Assembly (NCBI GenBank): GCA_044892525.1
Contig: CM097885.1
Location: 241,738,001 to 241,802,000 of the forward strand
DNA length: 64,000 nucleotides
Source of the DNA: Schmidtea polychroa
Taxonomy: Eukaryota
Reading direction: 5' to 3'
Positions 37,401-49,615 of this stretch are shown here, piece by piece. A model generated the notes under the pieces. It was not told the origin of the DNA. It searched no databases and saw only the letters and a program-made list of their open reading frames with translations. Made by a program: the position numbers and the translations under genes. Position 1 is the first letter of the stretch. Every line of letters starts with the position of its first letter.

Positions 37401-40400
37401 AATATCACATTTTTACATTTTTAATTATCCTTAAAATTTTTATTATTATATTTTCATTTAAATACAAAAAATCTATTTATTTATGTCAAAAATAATTAGA
37501 AGATTTGCTGATTATTTTTAACAATATTTTAGAAAAAAATTGAAAATTCAATTCTTGAATATAAAAATAAAAAAAAACTTTAAATTATTTAACATTTTAA
37601 TAGATACTAAATTTATGTATACTACCTTTTAAAATATATTTCAATAGCTTGGATGTCATCAAGCATTTACAACATCAATAAAAACGATTATACTAATAGG
37701 TTTATTAGTAATTACATAATTATATGTGCTGAATCCAATATAATTAATTAATCCTTATAAAATTAATTAAACATCCAAAATACACATAAATAATGCATTT
37801 TTGTAGTTGTTTTCGGGGTTAAATGAATATTTATTGAAGGCTCACAAGTAATACGTTCACAATAGTTTTTTAAACCTTAGAATAACACTTTAAATTTGAA
37901 AATTGAAAATATCAACTTCAATGTATTATTATACTCAGAGTGATGTTATTGTTTTATGGATTATTTTATTTCTNNNNNNNNNNNNNNNNNNNNNNNNNNN
38001 NNNNNNNNNNNNNNNNNNNNNNNNNNNNNNNNNNNNNNNNNNNNNNNNNNNNNNNNNNNNNNNNNNNNNNNNNNNNNNNNNNNNNNNNNNNNNNNNNNNN
38101 NNNNNNNNNNNNNNNNNNNNNNNNNNNNNNNNNNNNNNNNNNNNNNNNNNNNNNNNNNNNNNNNNNNNNNNNNNNNNNNNNNNNNNNNNAGATTCGGAAA
38201 TTAAAAAATACCGATTAAAAAAATTAATGAAATGTTTGTAAAAAAAGGAATTTTTATCAGTTATTATTTTATTATTTTCTTATTAAAAATTCATACCGGT
38301 AATCCAGAGACATGATTTAAAAAAGACTATACCGGGTTCTTACAAACTAATAAAATACTATAAAACATACAACAAATATTTACTCATAATAAATTAATAG
38401 AGAAGCATTAAGGAATACTCATTAATATTAATATATTTTTCAACCATTTCACATACTATTCGATGCAAGTAAGATTTTGAATATCTGTTACATTGAAACA
38501 ATTTATTCCTTTTATAAATACTTATACTTCCTTTACAATGGCCGCATACCTCGGAAAGACTGCCCGTCATATGTATACATCACTTCAAGGTCATGCTCGA
38601 TTAATTAGAAAAATCAATATTATTAAGCATAATAATAGATGCAAGTATTATCTAAGTATTATTTAAATAAGAAATATATAATAAAATTATAATATAATTA
38701 AAATATAATATAATAAATATAATAAAAATATATTTAATAATAAAAAGTGTAATAACATCTAACGACAATCATTTGTCAAATCTTCTTCAATCTTTAATAA
38801 CTCCAATTTCCAAACCGTTTTTCGGTAAGTATTATTTAAGAAATTGGAAATCCATCTTCAATAATGTCACAAATAAATGTGTTCACAAAATACGTAAATG
38901 TAGATTTCAAACTTTTCAATTCTGTGTTTGAAATTTTCTTGTAATTCTTTCGAGTTTTCATTATATTCATCTAACTTTATTTTTATATTAATTACATTTT
39001 ATTTTACTCATGGAAAATGATTAAACATTTTGTTTTAAGATTGTAGACAAACTGTCAACAAATACAAGAATTTTTTTTCATTTTTGTAGAGTTAGCCTTG
39101 TATTCGACCGGGATCTACTTGTTCAGAAAGGCACGGGGTATTTTAGATACTCCTATTACTAGAAAAAAAAACCTTTCGCTCCCACTCATATATTTTCCCC
39201 AACTAAATGAATGATTTTTTGCGTACTTTTCTTTCCTCCTTTACACTGATCTCCTCTGAAAGCCATGGTCTTGTTCGGAAGTAGTTACCAGAAGAGTCCT
39301 GTCTCATACAGGTTGAAGACGTCGTCTGCAGAGAACTGTGTGAGTAATGGCCGGAGAATTTGCTGTTGCCACTCAAGAAGATATTGTAAATCTACTGCGC
39401 CATCTTTGCCTTGCGTTGCCTTGAATGTGATGCTGTGGTGCTTTTTAAAAATGTCTAACCAACCATCGCTCGCAATGAAGTCTGGAATATACATCAGCTC
39501 GACCAGTTTCGTCGCCTTTTTGATCAAATCACCGCTGACAAGTAAATTCTGTTCTCTTGCTTGCTTCAGCCATATGAACACTTCCTCATCAAGCTTCGGG
39601 TCGTGTGCTTGTGTCAACTTCATGCGCTTCGATGGAACACCAGATTAACTTCGATGCCCCATTTCCTGTTTATCTCCCTGGCCAACTTAGTTTGATTCAG
39701 CTACCTCTTCGCAGTATCGTTGATTTCTTTTTTTCCTTTGGAGTAAAGTTAGTTCGTTTGTGTTTCTGAGCTGACATTATGGGTTAAATTGAAAGATAAT
39801 TACGTCACTATTATGCGAGTGTTTATGTATACTTTTATATTCTCTAATTAGCTTCGGTTGTAGACTTGGAGCTGTACATCTTGTGATTGGCTAATTTTAG
39901 TTGTTATCTGCGAGAAGCGTCACGAGCTTGACCTTGACACAGTCATACTATGCGCATACATATTAAGTGTTTAGTGCAGTTAGACTTAATTTATCGCTTC
40001 ACTTTTGAGACGTGAGTGATAATAGAGCATTGTGCAAAAACATAAACTTTTAAAAACTCTTGCCTTTTTACAGTTACACAATATAGGCATAATAGCGAGA
40101 GTAGAGAGTGGTATAGTAAATTTATTTTATATTTAATTTTGTAGGAACCTAGTAAAGGTGGTATAATAGCGAGAGTGTCATAGTAACAAGATTTGACCGA
40201 ATTTAAATTAAAATTACATATGCATTATTATTGATGAAATCAACAAAAAATTGGTTGTTTAAATATTATCATTATCTGCGACCTTTTTTATTTCTAAACT
40301 AACAAACTTTGTACTCAAAACAATTTGTGGAACATGGAACCACTTCATCTCTATATCATACGTATAATTGCATCAACATCACACTTTCGGTTCTTCATAT

Positions 40401-41409
40401 ATTTCTGTGCTATCAGTGTTCAAAGTTCATCTAATGGAAATATCAGATCGCATTTCAAATTTAAAAAAGAAAATAAAATGTATTCAAAACTCTGGAATGA
40501 CAACAATTTGTGGAGCATGGAACCGCTTTACTTCTATATCGAATGTATATTACAAATGATACATTTTGTAAAGCTACTGCTGATATGTCTACTTGTCGTT
40601 GGATCATAGGATGTCCCGTCAATGGATATGACAAAGGCAAATCAACAATTACACTTAGATAATGGAGACTACTCAATCGCAATTGAATATTGAAACAACC
40701 CGAAAATAAGAGAATTGTATTCAATTAAATGTATAGCGAAGCAAAACCTCCTAAACTCCGAATACATTTGGTACTACGATGTGGAATTCGATCATCCAAT
40801 GGAAATGGGAACTTGAATCTACTCGATTTACTTATGTAGAAATTGATAAAACCAATAATGATGAATATATTTTACTTATTCGTCTTAGGTTCATACAATT
40901 AGCACTGTTATTTGATAGGTTATAGTGAATTATTAAATAGATAGTGAAATGAACCAAATTATGAAATTAATTCCAAAAAAGTCCTTAAAATCCATATAAT
41001 GATTCCAGAATATACTTATCAGTTAAAATTTGCATAATTTATTAATATTTCATTGTATTCTCTAACTCAGTGGTTCTCAATTAATATAAAAGCGCGGAAC
41101 ACCATTCACATAATTTTTTTACGCGGAACACTGACAAAAACATACTTGCCCACAATGAGTGACCAATCACAAATTACTATAAATCTGTCGTAAACATAAA
41201 CAATGCCTTCTTATAAGCAACAATAGCAAGCAATAAAAACACTTTTATATTTATATGTTTATATTCAGTGTTTCGCGTAAATAAAATCATGTGAATGGTG
41301 TTCCGCGCTTTTTTATTAATTGAGAACCACTGAGTTAGAGAATATAATGAAATATTGACGGCTTTCTTATTGAATCATCTTATAAAAACATTAATTGAGG
41401 TTTATGATG

Positions 41410-41461
<52 letters not shown>

Positions 41462-42292
41462 TGCAAATTTAAAGATAAAATGTCATTTTTTTCGCGGAAC
41501 ACTGGAAGCGTAATCGCGGAACACGGGTTGAGAACCACTGCTCTAATTACAGCTCCGAGAATTACTGAAATATCCACTCGCCATTTCATAACGAGTAAAC
41601 CAATTTCCATAAGAAAAGGGGGAAATTACTACATGTTTTCTTTCTCCTGTTTATTGAACTATTTGTGGTGGGTATTTTGATTAAGAAACAAGATTGTAGA
41701 CGTCATAAAATGTCAGTAGTATATTGAAGTTGGTTTAAATGCATAAAAATATTGAAAACAGTATTAAACCAGCTCATTATATAAAATTTGCCAAATTATC
41801 TGAAAAGGTGTCACAATGTAGATGATATATTATTATCCTATTAAGAACTAACATATTTCACGGGATTTATATCACAAGTTTCCGTTTGAGTTGCCACATC
41901 TTTCATTTTAACTCGGTTGATGAACTTCGGAAAATACGGAGACAGCTGAGTCTCTTCAACATCCGTAGGAAGAAAATGGCTCATTATCTTTCTATCCGTA
42001 ATCTCCTCATATTCTGGCTCGTAAACCTCAGGAATCACCTGACGAAATCTCGTTTTCTTGCACGGGAAATAAAAGGTATCTTCAGTCACTTCATTGAAAT
42101 GGGAATTGGTATTTCTCTGTTTGGATATAACTAGAATTATTAATATTAATAAAATATAATTAACAATTATTGCAAAATTATTATAATTTTTGAAATCAAA
42201 AGAAAATTACCTTTTGATTTCATACTGATTTCGGATGTTGGAGGGCTATGAAATTGATATTTTTTATTAACCGATGTCACATATTTAAACAT
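34447..42292 (-). CDS. RSPH3: Divergent radial spoke protein 3-like gene, 249 aa (exons 42292-42211, 42130-41862, 34845-34447)
   Basis: GT-AG introns of 80 bp (phase 1) and ~7.0 kb (phase 0) join into a stop-free 750-nt frame. EEITDR...[14 protein letters not shown]|[32 protein letters not shown]...[15 protein letters not shown] aligns by eye with RSPH3 EEIADR...KDVATQILEGELFDFDLEVKPVLEVLVGKTIEQSLLEVMEEEE...ERAEVQRLEEQERR. Confidence 0.82.
35567..35803 (+). pseudogene. HSP90: HSP90 N-terminal fragment (copy 1, ~79 codons)
   Basis: [51 protein letters not shown]...[12 protein letters not shown]. One stop; truncated after ~79 codons; antisense within the RSPH3-like intron. Confidence 0.93.
35804..36588 (-). 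mobile_element. Merlin (IS1016/IS1595-like) transposon 5' half
   Basis: Minus strand [11 protein letters not shown]...YIWKC...C zinc ribbon, ITD(W), and [12 protein letters not shown] (GG.G..VEIDES-like). The dispersed terminal repeat lies at 36500-36588 pointing inward. Confidence 0.6.
38440..38650 (+). mobile_element. Penelope-like GIY-YIG endonuclease relic
   Basis: ~38546-38600 translates [17 protein letters not shown], matching YIGKTxRxLxxRxxEH. Confidence 0.6.
39225..40199 (-). mobile_element. Tigger/pogo (CENP-B-like) transposon 5' part
   Basis: ATG at 39777 (MSAQKHKR); [28 protein letters not shown]...[15 protein letters not shown]...[12 protein letters not shown]. Terminal-like cggtcaaatc at 40199. 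Confidence 0.85.
41068..41540. mobile_element. hAT (Buster-type) MITE containing an inverted copy of its own left end plus flank
   Basis: 13-bp TIR cagtggttctcaa at 41068 and 41540; TSD ctctaact / ctctaatt. An extra inverted TIR ends at 41332 and is followed by the reverse complement of the left flank. A (TA)n tract lies at ~41413-41457. Confidence 0.85.
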
Positions 42293-42665
42293 ATTATCGC
42301 ATTATATGTTTTCCTGTTGCGTTTAAACAATTTAGAAATATAATTAATATATAGTTAATTTTAATAATTTAATAATTTATAATACTAATAATGATAGAAT
42401 TAACATAATAATTTCTAATAATAAAATATTGCAAATTTTGCTTTTATTTCAAAAAAATTTCCTTCATTAATTTGGAATGATTATCAAATAGGAAAATAAT
42501 TAAGAATAATATTTGTAAAAAATCAATAAATCATATTTGAAATTTAATTTAACTTTTTGACCATTTTTTGTAAGCGCAAAATTTATTTATTAATTTAAAT
42601 AACTTATCTTTAATGTAAAAAATTTTCAAAGTTTTTAAATATTAAATATGGGTACCATATAAGTA

Positions 42666-43104
42666 CATGGGCGTCCGCAAGGGGGGGGGCAAGTGGGGGC
42701 ACTTGCCCCACCTTAATTTCCCAAACCATTCTATTTTTCGAATAATTTAAACACATTTTAATAGATGCGCTCAAATAATGTTGGAAAAACCCAAGACAAA
42801 AAAAATTAATAAAAAATTTTATTTAAAGAGGCTTCCTGTTTTTTTATGTTATTAATAATATCAGGAAATCAATGATTTAAAATCATCTTATTTGTATAAA
42901 TACTTTCAATATTAAATGACGTTCAGATTTTAAAAAGAGTGTTCTATTTTGTAAATAAACGGAAAAAAAGTCTTATTTTGCATAATTCCCCAAATATTTA
43001 TTATACACATGAATTTTTTCAACTCTCTTCCCGCCTAGAAAAATTGTCTACTTGGTAAAAAAAATTTTTTGGCCCCCTTGGAAAAATTCCTGCGGACGCC
43101 CATG
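42666..43104. mobile_element. hAT-type MITE, 439 bp
   Basis: Perfect 14-bp TIR catgggcgtccgca and perfect 8-bp TSD TATAAGTA. Confidence 0.92.
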
Positions 43105-45078
43105 TATAAGTACTATATAAATATATAGTTTTAAATACATTTGCTTATCAAATTAGACATTAACTAATGAAAGCANNNNNNNNNNNNNNNNNNNNNNNNN
43201 NNNNNNNNNNNNNNNNNNNNNNNNNNNNNNNNNNNNNNNNNNNNNNNNNNNNNNNNNNNNNNNNNNNNNNNNNNNNNNNNNNNNNNNNNNNNNNNNNNNN
43301 NNNNNNNNNNNNNNNNNNNNNNNNNNNNNNNNNNNNNNNNNNNNNNNNNNNNNNNNCAAATTCCATAATTTCTCAGCAAAGATGTCAATTATTTTAGATT
43401 TTATTTGGAAAATTGCAAAAATTAACAACAATTCAGAATATATAATAAATTTCAATGTTCTAATTTATATGATACACCAGTATGATACATTGAAATACTG
43501 CAATTTCCATTATTTTAGCATTATAAATGTTCCTACTGATAATATTTTCAACGGGAATTTTATTATTATTATTTTAGGATATTTTGTGAAATGTATATCT
43601 TTATAAGTTGTGTTGAAATTCATTAAATTCTTAGATTTGTGTTCACTAGATTGAACTTGTTCGTTGAGATTCGAATCCAGCAAACCCTTTCACCGACCGC
43701 TTCTCACTCTCTTTCTCATTGAATTCTGATTGATATTATTTCCGTTCAACGATTCAATGCTCGAATCACTAAAAGAACCTTTCATATCACACTTCATTAA
43801 TTTTATCTTCTCTGTATTCATTACAGTTTCTGTTATATGCATTGGTATCAAAATTGGTTCACTTTTTTTTTATATCAAAAATCTTTCTCAAATCTTTCTC
43901 ATATCAAAAATCTCAGATGATAAAAGAAAAGCAGCTTTATAAATTTCAGAAACAATTTATTTCATCCACAAAACATAAAGACAACTCCAAATTTCGAAAT
44001 CAGCGGGAAAATCCAATTGATACACTCAAATCACCGGAAAAAACACCAATACAATCACATCAGAAAATCGAAACCTAAAACTCCACCAATTATCAAAGGA
44101 AAAGACGCACACAAAAAAATCTAGTTAAACTGGATCGGCCGAAACAAAAAATGTTGTAGATATTAACTAATTTTATTCAATAAAATTAACTTAAATATTC
44201 TATTTAATAACATGAACTATTTATTTAAAATTATAAATAGGATTTGTTGCAAATTTAAATAATGTTTTTAAAATATTTTTGTACTTTTACATTTCATTTT
44301 TTTATCGCTGAATAATGAATATAAATAGAATATAGTAGAATATAATCCAGAGTAATTATTCTGTATAATTCCATAATGAAGATTTTCAATATTATTTAAT
44401 TATTTTATAATACAAAATATTATATGATAAAATGACCATCAATGTAATAATGGTTTGTACACAAGTTACGTAATCGTGTAAGAGTACAAGCCTAAAGGAC
44501 TTCCGCACCTGGATTTGAAATTGTAACAGGAAATTTTATTAAAAAGCTGTTACAATTATTATTAATATAACAATTATTATTAACAATTATTATTAACAAT
44601 TATTATTAATATTATTATTAAATATTAATATATTTGTAGAACATATTGAATTGACTAATTGTTAATAGTGACATGAATCAATCAATCAATCACAATTGAG
44701 TATACATGTGAGTTGACTTTTATGACATTATTTTACTTATTTGACAATTCTTATTTCAATTGATTGAAATCTTTAACACTAGAATTACGGGTAAAAATAG
44801 CCGTAAAAATAGGTATACCTAATTCGATATGCGAATTGAGGGAGTCGGTAGAGGGAGCAATTAATATTTACCTATATTTCATGACGTATCTAAAAGCAAC
44901 ATGTATTCANNNNNNNNNNNNNNNNNNNNNNNNNNNNNNNNNNNNNNNNNNNNNNNNNNNNNNNNNNNNNNNNNNNNNNNNNNNNNNNNNNNNNNNNNNN
45001 NNNNNNNNNNNNNNNNNNNNNNNNNNNNNNNNNNNNNNNNNNNNNNNNNNNNNNNNNNNNNNNNNNNNNNNNNNNNNN

Positions 45079-47118
45079 AGCGGTGGATGCAAAGCATCGG
45101 GGCGCCTCTCGGAAAGGGCGCTAAAAAATTTAGAATTTTAGTTTCTTTTTAATATTTAACAAAAAAACCATTAACAAATTTTTTTTTAATAAGAATTTTT
45201 TTTTTTTAAATAAAATTTCCTTGAAAAACTACTGGCCTACTAGTTTTCGAAGTGTTTAAGAATTGTTTAATTATTTCGCAAAACAAAATAAATTATACAT
45301 GCATAAATTTATTTTGAAACGGCCTGCTATATTCGGTTTAGTTATTTCGAATAAAAAAATTAATGCTAAAAAAATTATTTTAAAAGTCTACCAGTTCTAT
45401 TCAGTTTTCAATCAGTTCAGTTGTTATTTGGTAAACTTTTTTCGCTAATAAAAAAAAATTTAATATTAAAATTTTAATAGTAAAATAAAAAAGTGTTAAG
45501 TACAGTTTAATAGTAAAAAAGTGTTTTGTTTCAGTACATTAGTTATTTTGCGGAATTGAATCATTGTACGGTGGTAGGTATTATTTAATTATTTTTATCT
45601 TTACTTCTAAAATTTATATTTTTTTAATTAAAAAAATTTTTATTAGCTTACCTATATCATAAAATATGAATTCAAAGACAAAATTATCCGGGTGTGAAAA
45701 TCGAAAACGAAAGGCGAAGAGAGAGTTGGAGGAACAAAAAAATCAGGGAAGCCTTAACCAATATTTAAAAAAAGCAAATTTGACAATACCTACAATAACG
45801 TTAACGGATGATCAGATTATTCCAGAGGATAGCACAAATGGTGAAGTTAGAAATAATGCCACTAATGAGACACAATCTTTAAATTTACAAACAGAAATAA
45901 CATCTTCATCTAACAAAGAGCTTCAAACCATACATTTAACTGAAACTATAAGTAATAGTGCTGATTTTCATTCAATTGATCCCGCAACTTGGCCTAAATT
46001 TATTAATGATAAAATTAGAAAAATTATTATACAGCAAGGACCAATGCAAATAAGGAAAGAAGTTTATCCCCGTGATGATGATGGACGAAGTTTTACTAAT
46101 TATTATTACAATCGTAAATTACCTAATAATGAAATTATACCAAGATCATGGTTAGTTTATTCAAGTTCAGTAAACCGTGTTTTCTGTTTTTGTTGTAAAT
46201 TGTTTATAAATCAAATAGAAGGAAACCAGAATTTGATTATAAATGGTTTTAGTTGCTGGAGAAATTTGTCAAAAACACTTGCAGCTCATGAAGTTAGTAC
46301 ATTACATGTTAATTGTTTTTTAAAGTGGACTCAATTAAAAAAGAAAATGAACAACTTAACTACAATAGATGCTGAACTCGTAAAAGTATACGCAGTTGAA
46401 AAGAAACATTGGTACGCTGTTTTGGAGAGAATTGTTGAAATCATAAAATATCTTGCCAGACAATGCCTGTCTCTGCGTGGCTCGTCAGATACTATCTATG
46501 AAAAAAATAACGGTAACTTTTTAAAATTTGTAGAACTTTTTTCTAAATTTGACATAGTAATAGCAAATCATTTAGCAAAGATACAAAAAAAGGAGACACA
46601 AACAGTTCATTATTTAGGCAAAACTATACAAAATGAAATAATATCGTTGATCTCTTCGAAAATTTTGCAAAATATTATTCAAATGATAATTAATGCCAAA
46701 TATTTTTCTCTAATATTAGATTGCACTCCTGATATTAGTCATAACGAACAAATGACATTTATAGCCAGATTTGTCAATAAAGATGAAAATAATGAAGTTG
46801 CAATAAGCGAACATTTTTTGGGATTTTTAAAAGTATCTGACTCCACAGGAAAGGGTTTAGCAACTTATCTTATTGACAACATTAAAGATTTAGGTTTGAA
46901 TATTAATGATCTACGTGGACAAGGTTACGATAATGGCGCAAATATGCATGGGAAAAATAATGGGGTCCAAAAACGTATTTTAAATTTGAATTCTCGTGCA
47001 TTTTTCGTCCCATGTGCTGCACATACACTTAATTTAGTAGTGAATGATGCAGCCAAAATTAACACAGAATCATTTAGTTTCTTTTCCACTATTCAAACAA
47101 TTTATAATTTCTTTTCAA
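45079..47118 (+). mobile_element. hAT (Tip100/ZMYM1-like) transposon, 3'-truncated; 489-aa open ORF at 45666-47135
   Basis: TTF-type zinc finger (WLVYS..NRVFCFCCKLF...HEVSTLHVNC), LSLRG, LILDCTPDISHNEQM, GQGYDNGANM, and CxxH (PCAAHTLNLV). Lacks the C-terminal region. GC-rich subterminal sequence sits next to the gap. Confidence 0.92.
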
Positions 47119-47143
47119 ATTGGCTCAGTCCGTAAATCTAGTG
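47119..47143. mobile_element. piggyBac terminal stub
   Basis: ...gtaaatctagtg|TTAA, the same CACTAGATTTAC terminus as the element at 57088-59154. Another such end starts at 55521. Confidence 0.7.
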
Positions 47144-48264
47144 TTAATAATTTATATTTAATTGATTATTAATGACTAGAATTTTATTATCCTTTTATTA
47201 TCATTTTAATAGTTTAATAGTTTAACCTTTTATGATATGGGAGTGTTTTGAATAATTCAAATTTTTACTTCTTATTTTTTTCATTTTCTTTATTTTTATT
47301 GGGAAATTATACATTTACTGATGACCTTAAGTACAGTTAGTCACGACTTTTTTCATAATTTTTCGTCAATGAGTGCCACTTCCTTAACAATTCACCGAAA
47401 TCCAAATGTTTTTGGCTGTAAAAATATCGAATCTCATTCAACCAAAAAATTTTGACACCATAAATTACCCGTGGAAAATCTTGAGGCTGCATTTCGCCTA
47501 AAAATATACTGTGATCACAAAATCTTATTCAAAAAAACATACCACTTTTACATGTAGAAAATGTCAAATTTCATTCGATCACAAAATCCTGTAACCAAAA
47601 TTTCTTATTCAAAATAATTGCACATGTTGTTTATTGTAATTGTAAAATCACAATATGACTGAGACCAAATTACCCAATTCAAATACTATATCTCCACAAA
47701 ATCATGAGACCAGCAATTCACTATATAAAATACTGAGCCCATTTTCTTATTGAAACTTCTATACAAGCAAAAATCTCTGGGCTAAAAGACTTACACAATA
47801 AATTCCTTAGAGTTTTTATCGATAATTTATTTTGAGGCTTTTGTAGTAAAAATTTTATTTTTAAGATTTTAAATGAGAAAAAGTTCAGCATTTTAATATT
47901 GAATACAAATGTATAATAAAAATTGAAAATTAAAAATATAAATTTTATAAGAACTTTTCATTAAAACAAAATATAAAATGAAAATCACTTCATTTAAATA
48001 AATCGTTTTGAAATTTTACATAACTTATTAATTCCGTAAAAATCTCATCTACAAATTGATAAAATCGATTTAAAAGATAAAAATTTATTAAGATTTTTTT
48101 TTATTAATAATTTATTATTATTAATTTTTATTCCAATTTTCTCATCAAAATTTTTCTCACCTATTTTTTTTGTGAACTTTTTTATTGAATCGATTTTAAA
48201 CAAATACATTTTTTCATGAAATTCATCTACTTATTGTTTAGTACTAAGTGTAGAGAAATGAAAC

Positions 48265-49165
48265 TGTTGGGTTATTGAGTTTGAGATAAAATTAGAATTC
48301 TTACTCTGACTCCAAGCCTGCCTTTGACTGTCCCACAAATAACAATTAACACTGGAAACTTTATTGAATATCACATATTTTCACAATGATACAATTGGCT
48401 CAAAAGTTAACTATCGATTAAACCGTGCTTATTACAACACTATGGTGAGTAACCTTGATTTGACAATTCTCTCACAACTGAGGAGTGTAATAATTGGTAA
48501 TTTTAACTGGTTGTTTTCTGATTTGACTTGGATTTACTCGCCGAACCTTACTCTATTATCACTAAATAAACTCTTGCTGCTTCTAATTATTTCTGTTTTC
48601 TCTTAAATTTCTCCGCTTCAATTTTATTCAACTTCTCCAAATAAATTATTATATCTCCAAATTATTCCTCAAATTTCCTCTAACTGGTCCTTCCCAAATT
48701 GTTTTATCGATTGTTCCTTCTAAGTTTTCTTCTAAATTGCTCTCTCTCTATCGTTCTGCCTGCTCCTGCTGTGCTACCTCCTTTTATACCTCGTAAATTT
48801 GTAGCACTTGAGTTTATCTTCCATTTCCCATTTTTTCCTTCCACCTAATTTCCCAACTTTTCCCTGCTACTGAGTTATCTTTGACAGCTGTCGAGATATT
48901 TTCTAATTTTCCCTTTTGTGGCTCCGGCCTGTTTTTGTTTTGTTGACCGTTATCTCTGACAAGCTGTTGAGATATTGTTCTTTTTTCTATTTTTTCCGAT
49001 TTTGAAATTCTTTTTCCTTTTGTACTAATTAATTAGTACTGACCTTTGTTTTGTTTTCATGTCTGATTTCTTTTGTTTCATTTCTCTTTCTCATTTCTTT
49101 TTACTTCCGTTTTCTTTTCTCAGTTCCCATAGAATGCCCCGCTTGTCATGACGATCTTCCCCCAA
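48265..49165 (-). mobile_element. ~890-bp LTR with upstream polypurine tract
   Basis: Minus strand PPT ttgggggaaga (49155-49165), LTR start T(C)GTCATGAC, TATA ggtataaaag near 48785, AATAAA near 48360, and a tentative end ...CCAACA at 48265. Confidence 0.6.
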
Positions 49166-49239
49166 GTAATTTTATTTATTTATTTATAAATTTGTTAACA
49201 AAACTTCAACAAAACTAATTTGAATTAAGATTTTATTGT

Positions 49240-49615
49240 AAACGACATTAAAAGCGATCATGGAAATATTTGTTCCAGCAGTCAATGTTCCAACGAAAGT
49301 ATGTGCACTTGATCTGGTGATTGTACTGAGATTTTTGATGAACTTGCATTTGGACATGTAGACTCCAGTATCGTACGATGTGAAAGTATTGGAATCTTTA
49401 TCTGGAATAACTTTGTTCAATAACTCCTTTTGACTGAAGACGGATGGGTCAGTCCAGTTCTCGTAACAAACTTTATCAGGGGAATTGCTAGAATCTCGAA
49501 GTAGTATTCCAAGGAAAATTTCTTTGGTTGAATAAAAGTTGTTGATGATCAAACTCATCAACAGAGAAAACACAGCTAGGAAAACAAAGTCTTAAGCTTC
49601 TTGAATGTTTGGCAT
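49240..49615 (-). pseudogene. HSP90: HSP90 N-terminal fragment (copy 2, ~125 codons)
   Basis: MPNIQEA*DFVFLAVFSLLMSLIINNFYSTKEIFL...[32 protein letters not shown]...AGTNISMIA. Homology stops at the GQFGVGFY motif. Confidence 0.92.

Noticed and set aside
3396-42292. EF-hand gene, orphan ORF and RSPH3-like gene as a functional ciliary cluster
   Set aside because: They are 16-30 kb apart on different strands with no shared regulatory evidence. Co-location alone is not support.
43610-44150. Possible LINE 5' end or LTR
   Set aside because: Higher-complexity and repeat-like, but I found no diagnostic domain or terminal structure, so it is left uncalled.
3877-45152. Track ORFs consisting mostly of X
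   Set aside because: Artefacts of reading through N-gaps.
47318-47345. CTGATGA as a hammerhead ribozyme core (also at 25081 and 56894)
   Set aside because: No stem II followed by GAAA and no pairing for stems I and III.
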